A stretch of 64,000 nt of DNA from Sphingomicrobium sp. (GTDB lineage Bacteria; Pseudomonadota; Alphaproteobacteria; Sphingomonadales; Sphingomonadaceae): NCBI GenBank assembly GCA_036376635.1, contig DASUZY010000052.1, positions 7,905 to 71,904 on the forward strand. Reading direction: 5' to 3'. The notes below the pieces were generated by a model. The model was not told where the DNA came from. It saw only the letters and a program-made list of their open reading frames with translations, and did not search any database. Below are positions 27,834 to 38,065 of the stretch, piece by piece. A program made the translations under genes and the position numbers. How positions within the stretch are numbered: the stretch's first letter is position 1; the number at the start of each line of letters is the position of its first letter.

Positions 27834-30173
27834 GTGCGCCCCTTCCGCTCCCTGAGCGCACGCCTCACCGTTCAATTTGCACTGCTATTCGCAGTCGCCA
27901 TGCTCGGCGTATCCGCGGCGCTATGGAGCTTCATCGCCGGCGCTGCGTCGCGAGAGGTTGAAGGACAACTGCAATCGAGCGGCGCAGTGTACGACCGCTT
28001 GTGGCAGCAGCGAGCACACGAACTGCAGAGTGCGGCGGAGCTGCTCGCGCGCGACTTCGGTTTCCGGGCAGCGGTCGCCAGTGGCGACCAGGCAACGATG
28101 CAATCGGCGCTGGGCAACGCGGCTCAGCGCCTGCGCGTCCGTAGCGCATTCATTGTCACCGCCGATGGCAAGATATCGAGCATTGACGGCACGGTTCCGG
28201 TCAGCGAGCCGACGGCCCTCTGGTCTCCGCTCGACGACGGACGCCTTGCGGGCGTCGCAGTCCTCGGCGGGCACCCGCGCCAGCTCGTCGCTGCTCCGAT
28301 CATGGCACCCACGCTAATCGGCTGGGTGGTCTTCGCGGCCGACCTTGACGGGCGTGAGATGCGGGGACTTGAGCGACTATCGGCGATACCGCTGCACGCG
28401 GCGGTGATTGCGAGCGACAAGGGCCGCTGGGCGGAGGCCTCCGGCAGCATGTCCGCGCTGGACGTGCCGTCCACCAGGCTTGCGGAAGCTCACGTCGGCA
28501 ATTCGGCTGCGTTCGAGATGAACGTGGGTGGCCGCGATTCAATAGCATTGGCCAAACCCCTTCCGACCTTCGCAGATCGTGATCGGGCAATCCTGCTATT
28601 GGCTTACCCCAAGGCACAGGCGCTTGCCGATGCCCGCAAGCTGCAGCTGGCGCTTGGCGTCATGACGCTGCTTGGCCTGATCCTCGTCGCGTTCGCCACG
28701 TGGCGCGCTGCCAGCCGCATTACACAGCCCCTCGCGCGGCTCGATGAAGCCGCCGGTCGTCTCGCTTCCGGCGAACCCGTCCAGGTGCGCGTGCGCGGCG
28801 AAGATGAACTCGCTCGGTTGGCAGAAAGCTTCAACGAGATGGTTGGCAAGATCGCCGAGCGCGAGCAGCGAATCACGCAACTCGCCTTCAACGATACGCT
28901 GACCGGCTTGCCCAACCGCACCATGTTCCAGCAGCAGCTCGATCACCTGTTTCGCGCATCGGAAGGCAACGGCAGCTTGTTCGCGCTGCACTGCCTCGAC
29001 CTCGACCATTTCAAGGTAATCAATGACACGCTCGGACACCCCGCGGGCGATGCGCTGCTGATCGAGGCAGCGCGCCGCGTCCAGCATGCTGCCCGAGGCC
29101 ACTTTGTCGCACGTCTTGGTGGCGACGAGTTCGTCGTGCTCCAGACGGTCGGGGAAGATCGGGACTCAATCGACCGATTGGCCCGGGACATCCTAGGTGA
29201 GATCCTCAAGCCGATAGCGCTCGACGGGAACGAGATTGTCCCTTCGACCAGCATTGGTATCGCCATTGCTCCGCAGGACGGAAGGGACAGCGGAACGCTT
29301 CTGCGTAGCGCCGACCTCGCACTCTACCGTGCCAAGGAGGCTGGGCGAGGCACCTATGCTTTCTTCGAGGAGAGCCTGAACGAGCGAGCGCAGCAGCGGC
29401 GGCAGATCGAGAGCGACCTTCGCCTGGCGCTGGATCGCGGCGAGTTCGAGCTTCACTACCAACCGCTATTCGATCTCGAGCAGAACCGCATTTGCTCCTT
29501 CGAGGCGCTTCTTCGCTGGCGTCATCCGGAACTCGGCCTCATTTCGCCTTCGGACTTCGTGCCCGTCGCGGAGGACACCGGGCTGATCGTTCCGATCGGA
29601 GCCTGGGTGGTTCGGGAGGCATGCGCTCGTGCTGCTTGTTGGCCCGAGCATATACGCGTGGCCGTGAACGTCTCGGCGGTGCAGTTTCACCGAGGCGTCA
29701 TGCACGAGACGATCCTGCGCTCCCTGGCGGACAGCGGGCTCACGCCAAACCGGTTGGAAATCGAGATCACCGAGTCGATCTTCCTCGAAGGCGGCGATAC
29801 GACGCTTCGGCTCCTCCATGCGCTGCGCGCGCTCGGCGTACGCATCGCCCTCGACGATTTTGGCACCGGTTACTCATCGTTGAGCTACTTGCAGAGCTTC
29901 CCGTTCGACAAACTGAAGATCGACCGCAGCTTCATTCAGAACCTGCTGACCCGCGACGGTGCCATCGCCATCGTCCATGCAATCACCGAACTCGCCAATG
30001 CGCTCGGCATCGAGACCACGGCGGAGGGCGTCGAGGAAACCGCGCAGCTGATGGAGCTTAGAGCCCACGGTTGCTCCTCGGTACAGGGTTATCTGTTCGC
30101 TGAGCCGATGTCTGCGGCGGACGTCGAACGACTATTCAGTGAGGGTAGCGAAACGCTTCAGAACGTTGCGTGA
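27834..30173 (+). CDS. Membrane sensor-HAMP-GGDEF-EAL protein
   Basis: Two TM helices around a periplasmic domain; HAMP (DELARLAESFNEM); DTLTGLPNR; intact GGDEF; EALLRW; DDFGTGYSS; KIDRSF; AEGVE. Confidence 0.93.
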   Translation: MRPFRSLSARLTVQFALLFAVAMLGVSAALWSFIAGAASREVEGQLQSSGAVYDRLWQQRAHELQSAAELLARDFGFRAAVASGDQATMQSALGNAAQRLRVRSAFIVTADGKISSIDGTVPVSEPTALWSPLDDGRLAGVAVLGGHPRQLVAAPIMAPTLIGWVVFAADLDGREMRGLERLSAIPLHAAVIASDKGRWAEASGSMSALDVPSTRLAEAHVGNSAAFEMNVGGRDSIALAKPLPTFADRDRAILLLAYPKAQALADARKLQLALGVMTLLGLILVAFATWRAASRITQPLARLDEAAGRLASGEPVQVRVRGEDELARLAESFNEMVGKIAEREQRITQLAFNDTLTGLPNRTMFQQQLDHLFRASEGNGSLFALHCLDLDHFKVINDTLGHPAGDALLIEAARRVQHAARGHFVARLGGDEFVVLQTVGEDRDSIDRLARDILGEILKPIALDGNEIVPSTSIGIAIAPQDGRDSGTLLRSADLALYRAKEAGRGTYAFFEESLNERAQQRRQIESDLRLALDRGEFELHYQPLFDLEQNRICSFEALLRWRHPELGLISPSDFVPVAEDTGLIVPIGAWVVREACARAACWPEHIRVAVNVSAVQFHRGVMHETILRSLADSGLTPNRLEIEITESIFLEGGDTTLRLLHALRALGVRIALDDFGTGYSSLSYLQSFPFDKLKIDRSFIQNLLTRDGAIAIVHAITELANALGIETTAEGVEETAQLMELRAHGCSSVQGYLFAEPMSAADVERLFSEGSETLQNVA

Positions 30174-31303
30174 CCGGTAGTTCCATCAAGGACTGACGCA
30201 CCGATCTCGTTGGTGCTTGTGCAGCCGGTAAGCGCCATCGCCACCCGCATCTCTGCCTCGATAAGCTTTAGTACGTGCGCGACGCCATCGCCGCCGCGCG
30301 CCGCGAGGGCATAGGCCCAGGCCCGGCCGAGCAGAACGAAGTTCGCGCCGAGCGCGAGCATCCGCACGACATCGAGGCCAGAGCGGATCCCACCATCGAC
30401 CAGCACCGGCAGGCGCCCGGCAATCGCGTTCGCGACTCCCGGAAGCGCCCGTGCGCTCGACAGGGTGCCATCGAGCTGGCGGCCTCCGTGATTGGACACA
30501 ACAATTCCATCGGCGCCGCTGTCCAGTGCGGCACGAGCATCCTCTGCATCGAGGATGCCCTTGATGATCAGGGGTCCGTCCCATTTGCCCCGCAGCCATT
30601 CGACGTCCTTCCAGCTGACTGAAGGATCGAAGTTGCGGTGAATCCAGGTCTGGAAGTCGCTTAGCGGCGCTCGTGCTCCGACGATGTCCTCAAGGTTGCC
30701 GAGGCTGATCGGCCGACCGCGGATCCCGACATCCCAGAGCCAATCCGGCCGTGACAGGAGCTGCGCCGTGCGCCGCGCTCCGCCTCCCGCTGCCCGGGCA
30801 TCACGATAGCGGGAACCGGGAACGGCAAGGTCGACGGTCAGAATGAGCGCGCCGCAGCCCGCCTCTTTGGCCCGGTCGACCATCCGTTCAACGAACTCCC
30901 GGTCCTTAACGAAATAGAGCTGGTACCAGGGGACATTGCCGGAGGCTGAAACCTCACGAAGCGAACAGCCGCCGACGGTCGAAAGTGCAAACGGCACATT
31001 CGCCGATGCAGCCGCGCGAGCCGCCTGAACTTCGCCTCGCCGAGCATAGAGGCCGGCAAGTCCCACAGGCCCTAATCCGACCGGCATGGCCCATCGTCTG
31101 CCAAACAGTTCGGCGGTGAGATCGATCGACGAAACGTCGCGCAGCACACGCTGCCTCAGCGCGATGAATTGCAGATCCTCGACGTTCCGCCGAAGCGTGA
31201 CCTCGTCGTACGAACCACCGTCCAGATATTCGAACAGGAAGTGAGGCAACCGCGCCTTCGCCAGCGCGCGATAGTCGGTGACGTTTGCGGCCTCCCGCGC
31301 CAA
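30158..31303 (-). CDS. lldD: FMN-dependent L-lactate dehydrogenase
   Basis: LPHFLFEYLDGG, GMYARRGE-like GLYARRGEVQAA, IIKGIL, SNHGGRQLD, DGGIRSGLD. Confidence 0.85.
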   Translation of the reverse strand: MAREAANVTDYRALAKARLPHFLFEYLDGGSYDEVTLRRNVEDLQFIALRQRVLRDVSSIDLTAELFGRRWAMPVGLGPVGLAGLYARRGEVQAARAAASANVPFALSTVGGCSLREVSASGNVPWYQLYFVKDREFVERMVDRAKEAGCGALILTVDLAVPGSRYRDARAAGGGARRTAQLLSRPDWLWDVGIRGRPISLGNLEDIVGARAPLSDFQTWIHRNFDPSVSWKDVEWLRGKWDGPLIIKGILDAEDARAALDSGADGIVVSNHGGRQLDGTLSSARALPGVANAIAGRLPVLVDGGIRSGLDVVRMLALGANFVLLGRAWAYALAARGGDGVAHVLKLIEAEMRVAMALTGCTSTNEIGASVLDGTTGHATF

Positions 31304-31304
31304 C

Positions 31305-32120
31305 TCAGCTCGCGAAGCTCGGATCGAGGCGATAAGCCTTTCGCTTCAACGCCGGCCAGGCGAGGAAATTGGCCGCCATCGGCAGTCCGACCGCGCCCTG
31401 CTGCGCCGTGATCTCCGGCGATCCTTGGGGCGGGTTGTTGATATTGTCGCCGGCCGAGAGGGCCATGATTTGCGCCTGGCACGCACGCTCGAGATAGTAG
31501 AGGCGAATGAAGCACTCTCCGACGTTCTTGCCGACTGCGAGCGTGCCGTGATTGCGAAGGATCATCGCGTTCTTCGTGCCGAGGTCGGCAACGAGCCTCT
31601 CGCGCTCATTCAGGTCGACGGCTACGCCTTCATAAACGTGGAAGGCGATCTCGCCGCGGATCAGCATTGCCGTCTGGGTCAGCGGCAGCAGGCCGTCGTT
31701 GTGCGCCGACACCGCTTGTCCAGCGGGCGTGTGCAGATGCATCACCGCATGGGCGTCGTCCCGGGCCATGTGGATGGCCGAATGGATGGTGAAGCCCGCC
31801 GGATTGGTGATGAATGGCGTCGGCTCGACCGGATTGCCGTTCACGTCAACCTTTACCAGCGATGAGGCGGTCACCTCCTCGAACATCAGATTGTACGGGT
31901 TCAGCAGGAAATGATGTTCGGGCCCTGGGATTCGCGCAGACAAATGCGTGAAAATGAGGTCATCCCAACCATAATAAGCGACCATCCGGTACGCGGCGGC
32001 GAGATCGACGCGGATCGCCCACTCGTCCTCGCTGACCTTTCCCTCCATCGAAGGAATTTCGACGGAATCCAGCGGCTTGAAATCGCTGACGCCGCGGTTG
32101 ATGGAATCGACCCTGTTCAT
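31305..32120 (-). CDS. Class II aldolase/adducin family protein
   Basis: DLIFTHLSAR, GFTIHSAIH, HLHT, ILRNHG. Confidence 0.9.
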   Translation of the reverse strand: MNRVDSINRGVSDFKPLDSVEIPSMEGKVSEDEWAIRVDLAAAYRMVAYYGWDDLIFTHLSARIPGPEHHFLLNPYNLMFEEVTASSLVKVDVNGNPVEPTPFITNPAGFTIHSAIHMARDDAHAVMHLHTPAGQAVSAHNDGLLPLTQTAMLIRGEIAFHVYEGVAVDLNERERLVADLGTKNAMILRNHGTLAVGKNVGECFIRLYYLERACQAQIMALSAGDNINNPPQGSPEITAQQGAVGLPMAANFLAWPALKRKAYRLDPSFAS

Positions 32121-32758
32121 GCCGGCACCTGCTGCCTGTCGGGATGGGCTGCTGCGAACCCTTCGAGCTTGTTGGCATTCTCTTCGGCTCGCAGCAATGT
32201 TGGATAGCCGTCCAGCGGCACGTCAAACCGCCGCGCGTTGTAGAGTTGAGGCACCAGGCAGACGTCGGCCCCGGTGGGTGCGTTGCCGAACAGGAACTTG
32301 CCTGCCTGCGGCGCTGCAAGCGCCTCGAGTGCGCCCAGGCCCTCGGTGATCCAATGCGCATACCAGCGGTCAACTTCGGGCTGGTCATGCCCAAGCTCGT
32401 TCTTGAGATACTTGAGTACGCGAAGGTTGTTGAGCGGATGGATGTCGCAGGCGACCGCCATCGCCATCGCGACGACGTGCGCCCGATCGGCGGCGGAAGC
32501 AGGGATCAGCGGCTGGTTCGGATACCGGATGTCGAGATAGTTGAGGATGGCGAGGCTCTGGGTCAGCCGGTGGCCGTCGATCTCCAGCAGCGGCACCAGG
32601 CCTTGCGGGTTGAGCTCAAGGAAATCCGCGGATTTCTGCTCGTCTTCACGAAGGTCGATCTCGCGACTCTCATAGTCGACATTCTTGAGTTTGAGGGCGA
32701 TGCGGACGCGGTAACAGGCGGACGACCGCCAGTAATCGTAGAGGATCGGCTTCGGCAT
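32117..32758 (-). CDS. maiA: Maleylacetoacetate isomerase (GST zeta class)
   Basis: YWRSSACYRVRIAL, NPQGLVP, LTQSLAI, ACDIHPLNNLRVL. Confidence 0.92.
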   Translation of the reverse strand: MPKPILYDYWRSSACYRVRIALKLKNVDYESREIDLREDEQKSADFLELNPQGLVPLLEIDGHRLTQSLAILNYLDIRYPNQPLIPASAADRAHVVAMAMAVACDIHPLNNLRVLKYLKNELGHDQPEVDRWYAHWITEGLGALEALAAPQAGKFLFGNAPTGADVCLVPQLYNARRFDVPLDGYPTLLRAEENANKLEGFAAAHPDRQQVPA

Positions 32759-32768
32759 GAGCCGCTGC

Positions 32769-33173
32769 TTACTCCGGCGTAACGAAGGGCGCTACGACTT
32801 CCGGCGGCACGCGGATGGGTCGCCCCAACGCTTTGTCGATAATTGCCCACTGAGTCGTCGAACGAACGCAAGTTTTCCCGTCGGCCCCGGTGAACTCCAC
32901 GATCCGGTCGAAGCGGGCGCCCCTCGGGGCCTCGCCGACCCAGGTGCGGGCGATGATAGTGTCGCCCTCGTGAGCGGGACGGAGGTAGTCGATCTCATGC
33001 CGCACGACGACCCAGAAATAGGTATCCTGGTGAGCCGGATTCGCTACCGACTCCCAATGCGCCACGGCCACCTGCTGGATCCACTGCACCCAGACGGCAT
33101 TGTTGACATGCCCAAGCTCGTCGATGTGCTCGGGGCGAGCGGTGAACGTGAGGGAGAAGGTGGGCCGGGTCAC
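32769..33173 (-). CDS. Acyl-CoA thioesterase (4HBT/YbgC-like)
   Basis: HIDELGHVNNAVW motif; start reassigned to GTG 33173, overlapping the upstream TGA by 4 nt. Confidence 0.85.
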   Translation of the reverse strand: MTRPTFSLTFTARPEHIDELGHVNNAVWVQWIQQVAVAHWESVANPAHQDTYFWVVVRHEIDYLRPAHEGDTIIARTWVGEAPRGARFDRIVEFTGADGKTCVRSTTQWAIIDKALGRPIRVPPEVVAPFVTPE

Positions 33174-35230
33174 TGCACCATCGTCAGAATGAACGCGTAG
33201 GTGTCCGCGACTTCGTGCAAGCGTTCCCAGCGGCCGGACTTGCCGCCGTGTCCCGCGCCCATGTTGATCTTCAGGAACAGGGCGTTCGGGTCGGTCTTGT
33301 TGGCGCGAAGCTTGGCCGCCCACTTCGCCGGCTCCCAATAGGTGACCCGCGGGTCGTTAAGTCCGCCCGTGATCAGCAGCGGCGGGTACTGCTGCGTCTT
33401 CACGTTGTCGTACGGCGAATAACTGCGGATCAGGTCGAACGCTGCCTTATCGGTGATCGGGTTGCCCCACTCGGGCCACTCACCGGGTGTGAGCGGCAGC
33501 GTATCGTCGAGCATGGTGTTGAGCACGTCGACGAATGGCACGTCGGCAACCGCCGCGCCCCATAGTTCCGGGTCGGAGTTCACCACAGCGCCCATCAGCT
33601 CGCCGCCTGCCGATCCGCCGTTGATCGCGATCCGGCCTGGGCGGGTGAACTGCTCTGCAACCAGTCCTTTCGCCACGTCGACAAAGTCGTTGAACGTATT
33701 CGTGCGCTTCGTCAGCTTTCCGTCGAGAAACCACTTGTAGCCGAGGTCATCGCCGCCGCGGATGTGGGCAATGGCGCAGGCCCAGCCGCGGTCGAGCAGG
33801 CTAATCCGGTTGGTATTGAACGTGGGCGGGATCGCCATCCCGTAGGCACCGTAGGCGTAGAGGAAAAGCTTGCCGTCGCCGTCCTTTTTGAAGCCCTTGG
33901 GGTAGACGACCGAAACTGGCACCTTCGCGCCGTCGCGCACTTCGATCAGCAGCCGCTCGGTCGCGTGTCTGGATGCATCGTAGCCGGACGGAACCTCCTG
34001 AACCTTGAGTACCTCCAGCGCGCCTGTGTCTGGGTGATAGTCAAAGACGGTCGTCGGCGTGACCATCGATGAGTAGCCGACTCGATAGGCGTCAGGCGCG
34101 AACTCGGGATTGCCCATGAAGAAGGCGCTATAACTTGCCTCCTCGAACGGGATGCGCGTTTCCTCGCCTCCATAGGTGCGCAGGATCAGCTGATCGAGGC
34201 CGTCGACCCGGCTGCTGATCGCCAGATGGTCGCGATAGGCGGTCGCACCGGTGAGATAGGTGCGATCGGAGCCCGGGATCACTGTCTTCCAAGCCTCCGG
34301 GTTCGCCGGATCTGCCACTGCGAGGCGGAAATTCACGTGATCGTCGTTGGTGAGGATCCACAGTTTCCCGTGCGCCGCGTCGACGTGATATTCGCGATTC
34401 GTCTTGCGCGCCGAGATAAGTTTCAGCTGCTCGGTTGGGTCGGACGCGGAAACGAAGCGCACCTCGCTGGTCGCATTATCTCCAGTCGAGATGAAGATGG
34501 TGCTCCGGTCGTGTGACTTGCCGATGCCGACACTGAAGCCCAGCTCCTCGGTCTCCTCATACAACGTGACATCGTCGGCGGTCGGCGCGCCCAAGCTATG
34601 GTATCGGGCACGATAGCTTCGCCAATTATCGTTCACCTCGGTGAACACGATGCCCTTGCTGTCGCTGGTCCATGCCGGCTGTCCGATCCCAACCCTGGTC
34701 ACCGTCTCAAGGTCTGTGCCGGTCGCAAGATCGCGAACGCGCAGCTCGAACCGTTCCGATCCGTCGTAGTCCGCCAGCGTCGCCAACAGCTTTCCGTCCG
34801 GGCTGACCTCCAGCGCTCCAAGGCGGAAATAGTCTCGTCCCTCGGCTTCTGCGGGTTCATCCAGAAGAATCTCGTCGGCACCGCCGCTAGCGGGCTTGCG
34901 GTACCATGTGCGGTACTGGGCCCCCGGCCTGAATGCCCACCAGTAGAGGAACTCGCCGTCGCGGAGCGGGACCGAGCTCTCGTCCTCCTTGATCCGCCCT
35001 TTCATCTCCTCGAACAGCTGATCGATCAGTCGTTGATGCTGATTCTTCCAGCCTTCAAAATAGGCATTCTCCGCCTTGAGATAATCGAGGACCGCCTCAT
35101 CCTCGACCTGCGGGTATTTCGGGTCGCGCAACCAATGCCACGGATCCTCGATCGTGACGCCGTGGCGTTCGTAGTTGTAGGGACGCTGCTCGGCTTGCGG
35201 TGGGGTGGGGACGCTGGCGGACTTTTCCAT
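33170..35230 (-). CDS. ptrB: S9 oligopeptidase B
   Basis: DPWHWLRD N-terminus; beta-propeller; GGSAGG nucleophile; DPRVTYWEPAKW; AGHGG. Confidence 0.88.
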   Translation of the reverse strand: MEKSASVPTPPQAEQRPYNYERHGVTIEDPWHWLRDPKYPQVEDEAVLDYLKAENAYFEGWKNQHQRLIDQLFEEMKGRIKEDESSVPLRDGEFLYWWAFRPGAQYRTWYRKPASGGADEILLDEPAEAEGRDYFRLGALEVSPDGKLLATLADYDGSERFELRVRDLATGTDLETVTRVGIGQPAWTSDSKGIVFTEVNDNWRSYRARYHSLGAPTADDVTLYEETEELGFSVGIGKSHDRSTIFISTGDNATSEVRFVSASDPTEQLKLISARKTNREYHVDAAHGKLWILTNDDHVNFRLAVADPANPEAWKTVIPGSDRTYLTGATAYRDHLAISSRVDGLDQLILRTYGGEETRIPFEEASYSAFFMGNPEFAPDAYRVGYSSMVTPTTVFDYHPDTGALEVLKVQEVPSGYDASRHATERLLIEVRDGAKVPVSVVYPKGFKKDGDGKLFLYAYGAYGMAIPPTFNTNRISLLDRGWACAIAHIRGGDDLGYKWFLDGKLTKRTNTFNDFVDVAKGLVAEQFTRPGRIAINGGSAGGELMGAVVNSDPELWGAAVADVPFVDVLNTMLDDTLPLTPGEWPEWGNPITDKAAFDLIRSYSPYDNVKTQQYPPLLITGGLNDPRVTYWEPAKWAAKLRANKTDPNALFLKINMGAGHGGKSGRWERLHEVADTYAFILTMVQ

Positions 35231-35445
35231 CCTTGCGCTCTTAGCGCGGCGGTCGGCGACGGAAAGGGTACATTCCGCGCTCTTTCAAATGTGAAATCCC
35301 CATCATTACCGCGATGTAATTTGCCTCAGTGTTCGATTTTTTGGCAGCGATGCCCCAGGTTGCGCAGGTGATGTAATAATATACCCTAGCGACCAGGCCT
35401 TCGTTTCGTTAACTGCCGCGACACCAGGCATGGAGTTGAACCAGG

Positions 35446-36933
35446 TTGCCCTCAGCACGATCGTCCGCAGTTGCACTTGCCGGGTCGATGATGGCGTCCG
35501 CTTGCGTCGTCGGTCCGAATTTCAAGCCGCCGGCGCCTCCAGCGGTGTCGACCTACACTGCGCAGCCGGCGCAGGCGACTGTCGCGACTCCTGGTGTAGT
35601 CGGTGGAGCGGCGCAGCGCTTCGTCACCGCCGCTGACATCCCGGCCGATTGGTGGACCTTGTTCCACTCCCGGGAGATGAATGCGCTGATCGCCGAGGCG
35701 CTCGCACACAATCCGGACCTCAAGGCGGCGCAGGCGGCGTTGCTGGTGGCGCACGAGAACACGCTGGGCCAGCGCGGGGCGTATGCGCCGAAGGTGACCG
35801 CTGGGGCGAGCATCACGCGAGAGAAGGATCCATCCGGGACCCTGGCGCCAGTGCCGAGCAACAACGCCTTTCTCTATACGCTGATCACCCCGCAGCTGAG
35901 CGTTTCCTATACGCCCGATGTGTTCGGCCTGACCAAACGGACGGTCGAGTCCGCCGCCGCTCAGGAGCAAGCGGCCCGCTATCAGATGATCGCGGTCGAT
36001 ATCACGCTCAGCGCGAACGTGGCTGCCGCGGTGATCCAGCTCGCTTCGATCCAGGATCAGATCGACGCAACCAACGATCTGATCGGGATCGACCGACAGA
36101 TGCTGAGCCTGCTGCAGTATCAGCACTCGAAGGGCTATGCTGCCGGGCCCGATGTCGCCGCCCAGCAAGCCCAACTGGAGCAGCTCGAGGCGACGCTGCC
36201 GCCGCTCCTGAAGCAACGCGATCAGCAGGAGCACCTGATCGCTGTCCTGACCGGACGCTTCCCGTCGCAGCTCCAGGCACAGAGATTCACGCTTGCGCAA
36301 CTGGCCTTGCCATCGGACCTGCCACTTAGCCTCCCGTCGGCCCTGGTTGCCCAGCGCCCCGACGTGCTTCAGGCCCAGGCGAACATGCATGCCGCAAGCG
36401 CGCAGATTGGCGTTGCTACCGCCAACCGGCTGCCGAACATCACGTTGAGCGGTAATGCCGGCAGCAATGCCCTTGCGATCGGCCAGGTGTTTGGGCCAGG
36501 CACCGGCTTCTGGAACATCGGGGCGGCGCTGCTTGCCCCGATTTTCGACGGCGGGACCTTGCTTCATCAGCAGCGAGGCGCGCGCGCCGCCTACCAGCAG
36601 TCCGCCGAGCAATATCGGAGCACGGTGCTGACTGCTTTTCAGAATGTCGCCGATACTTTGTCGGCGCTGGAACATGACGCCGAGGCCTTGAAGTCGACCG
36701 CAGCGGCGACGGACAGCGCAAAGACCAGCCTCGACCTTTCACGCCTTCGCTACAAGGACGGCTATGATGCTTATCTGGCCGTCCTGACCGCCGAGCAGAC
36801 GTATCAGCAGCAGCGGCTCAGCCTCGTGCAGGCGCAGGCCGCCCGTTTTGCCGACACGGCTGCTTTATTCCAGGCCCTCGGCGGAGGCTGGTGGCATCAA
36901 CCCGAACTTATGGCGGGCGCGAATGGGCAGTAA
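35446..36933 (+). CDS. Efflux outer-membrane factor lipoprotein (NodT/TolC family)
   Basis: Lipobox ASAC then VGPNF; WW..F; RPDVLQAQA; LFQALGGGW. TTG start after ggag. Confidence 0.9.
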   Translation: MPSARSSAVALAGSMMASACVVGPNFKPPAPPAVSTYTAQPAQATVATPGVVGGAAQRFVTAADIPADWWTLFHSREMNALIAEALAHNPDLKAAQAALLVAHENTLGQRGAYAPKVTAGASITREKDPSGTLAPVPSNNAFLYTLITPQLSVSYTPDVFGLTKRTVESAAAQEQAARYQMIAVDITLSANVAAAVIQLASIQDQIDATNDLIGIDRQMLSLLQYQHSKGYAAGPDVAAQQAQLEQLEATLPPLLKQRDQQEHLIAVLTGRFPSQLQAQRFTLAQLALPSDLPLSLPSALVAQRPDVLQAQANMHAASAQIGVATANRLPNITLSGNAGSNALAIGQVFGPGTGFWNIGAALLAPIFDGGTLLHQQRGARAAYQQSAEQYRSTVLTAFQNVADTLSALEHDAEALKSTAAATDSAKTSLDLSRLRYKDGYDAYLAVLTAEQTYQQQRLSLVQAQAARFADTAALFQALGGGWWHQPELMAGANGQ

Positions 36934-38065
36934 ACGCTTCAGTCGTTCAGCCGTGTTGGTCGCCGTGATGCTCGGTATCGGCGCATGTTCGTCCTCGCCC
37001 GATACCGAGAACAGCGCGACCCCGGTCGTCCCGAACGTACGTCTGACCAAGGCGCAGCTCGCGCATATCCAGCTCTACACCGTGGTTCCCACCGGATATC
37101 GCCAGACCGTCCAGGCGCCCGCGACAGTCGATTTCGACAATGACCAGGCGACGTCGGTTGTCTCGCCCTTCACGGGGCCCGTGACCCGAATTCTCGTGGC
37201 GATGGGGCAGCCGGTGACCAAGGGTCAGCCTCTGGCTCTGGTCCAGTCCGCTGATTACGCAGCCGCGATCGGGACGTACCGAAAGGCGGTCGTCACCGCT
37301 GCAAACGCGCGCAGGCTCGCCAACGCCGACAAGGACCTAGCCGCCCACAATGGAATCTCCGCGCGCGAAGCGGCCCAGGCGCAGACCGATGCAGCGAGTG
37401 CCGACGCCGATCGCGACGCGGCGCTTCAGAGCCTGCTGTCAATGGGAGTCGATCGCGGGACCGTCGCCAGGGCGCTTGCCGGCAACCCGGCTGCGGGAGC
37501 CGTCGGCGTCATTCGCGCTCCGGTTTCGGGCATCGTTGCCGATAAGCAGATCACGCCGGGCCAATTGCTGCAGGCGGGTTCGACGCCGGCCTTTACCGTC
37601 GCCAACCTTTCGCAAGTGTGGGTACTCGCACAGATCTCGCCTGATGATCTCGCATCAGTGGGTCTGGGCGACGTCGCACAGATCGATCCGGGCAACGGCA
37701 CCGGTCCTTTCCGCGGCACCGTCCAGAACGTGTCTCCGTCCGTCGATCCGAATACCCGCGCAATTGTGGCTCGGATCGTCGCCCCCAATCCCGGGGACCT
37801 CCTCAAGAAGCAGATGTACGTCCAGGTCTCCATCCAATCCGGCCGCGTCAGTACCGGGCTTCTGGTGCCCGTCTCCGCCGTGCTGCGGGACGATGAAAAT
37901 CTGCCCTTCGTCTACGTGGCCCTGCCCGACGGCAGCTTCGTCCGGCGTCACGTCACTCTGGGCTACCGGGACAGCCAAAACTTCGACGTGACCAGTGGCC
38001 TGCAGAGCGGTGACCGGGTCGTCGCCAATGGCGCAATCTTTCTTCAGTTCATGCAGAGCCAATGA
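36923..38065 (+). CDS. RND periplasmic adaptor (membrane fusion protein)
   Basis: Lipobox IGAC; RAPVSG; VDPNTR; GLQSGDRVV. Start reassigned to ATG 36923. Confidence 0.9.
   Translation: MGSKRFSRSAVLVAVMLGIGACSSSPDTENSATPVVPNVRLTKAQLAHIQLYTVVPTGYRQTVQAPATVDFDNDQATSVVSPFTGPVTRILVAMGQPVTKGQPLALVQSADYAAAIGTYRKAVVTAANARRLANADKDLAAHNGISAREAAQAQTDAASADADRDAALQSLLSMGVDRGTVARALAGNPAAGAVGVIRAPVSGIVADKQITPGQLLQAGSTPAFTVANLSQVWVLAQISPDDLASVGLGDVAQIDPGNGTGPFRGTVQNVSPSVDPNTRAIVARIVAPNPGDLLKKQMYVQVSIQSGRVSTGLLVPVSAVLRDDENLPFVYVALPDGSFVRRHVTLGYRDSQNFDVTSGLQSGDRVVANGAIFLQFMQSQ

Noticed and set aside
25713-30173. Genomic island integrated at tRNA-Pro (also considered at both tRNA-Thr genes)
   Set aside because: No integrase, no transposase, no downstream duplication of a tRNA 3' end that I could find, and no obvious compositional shift.
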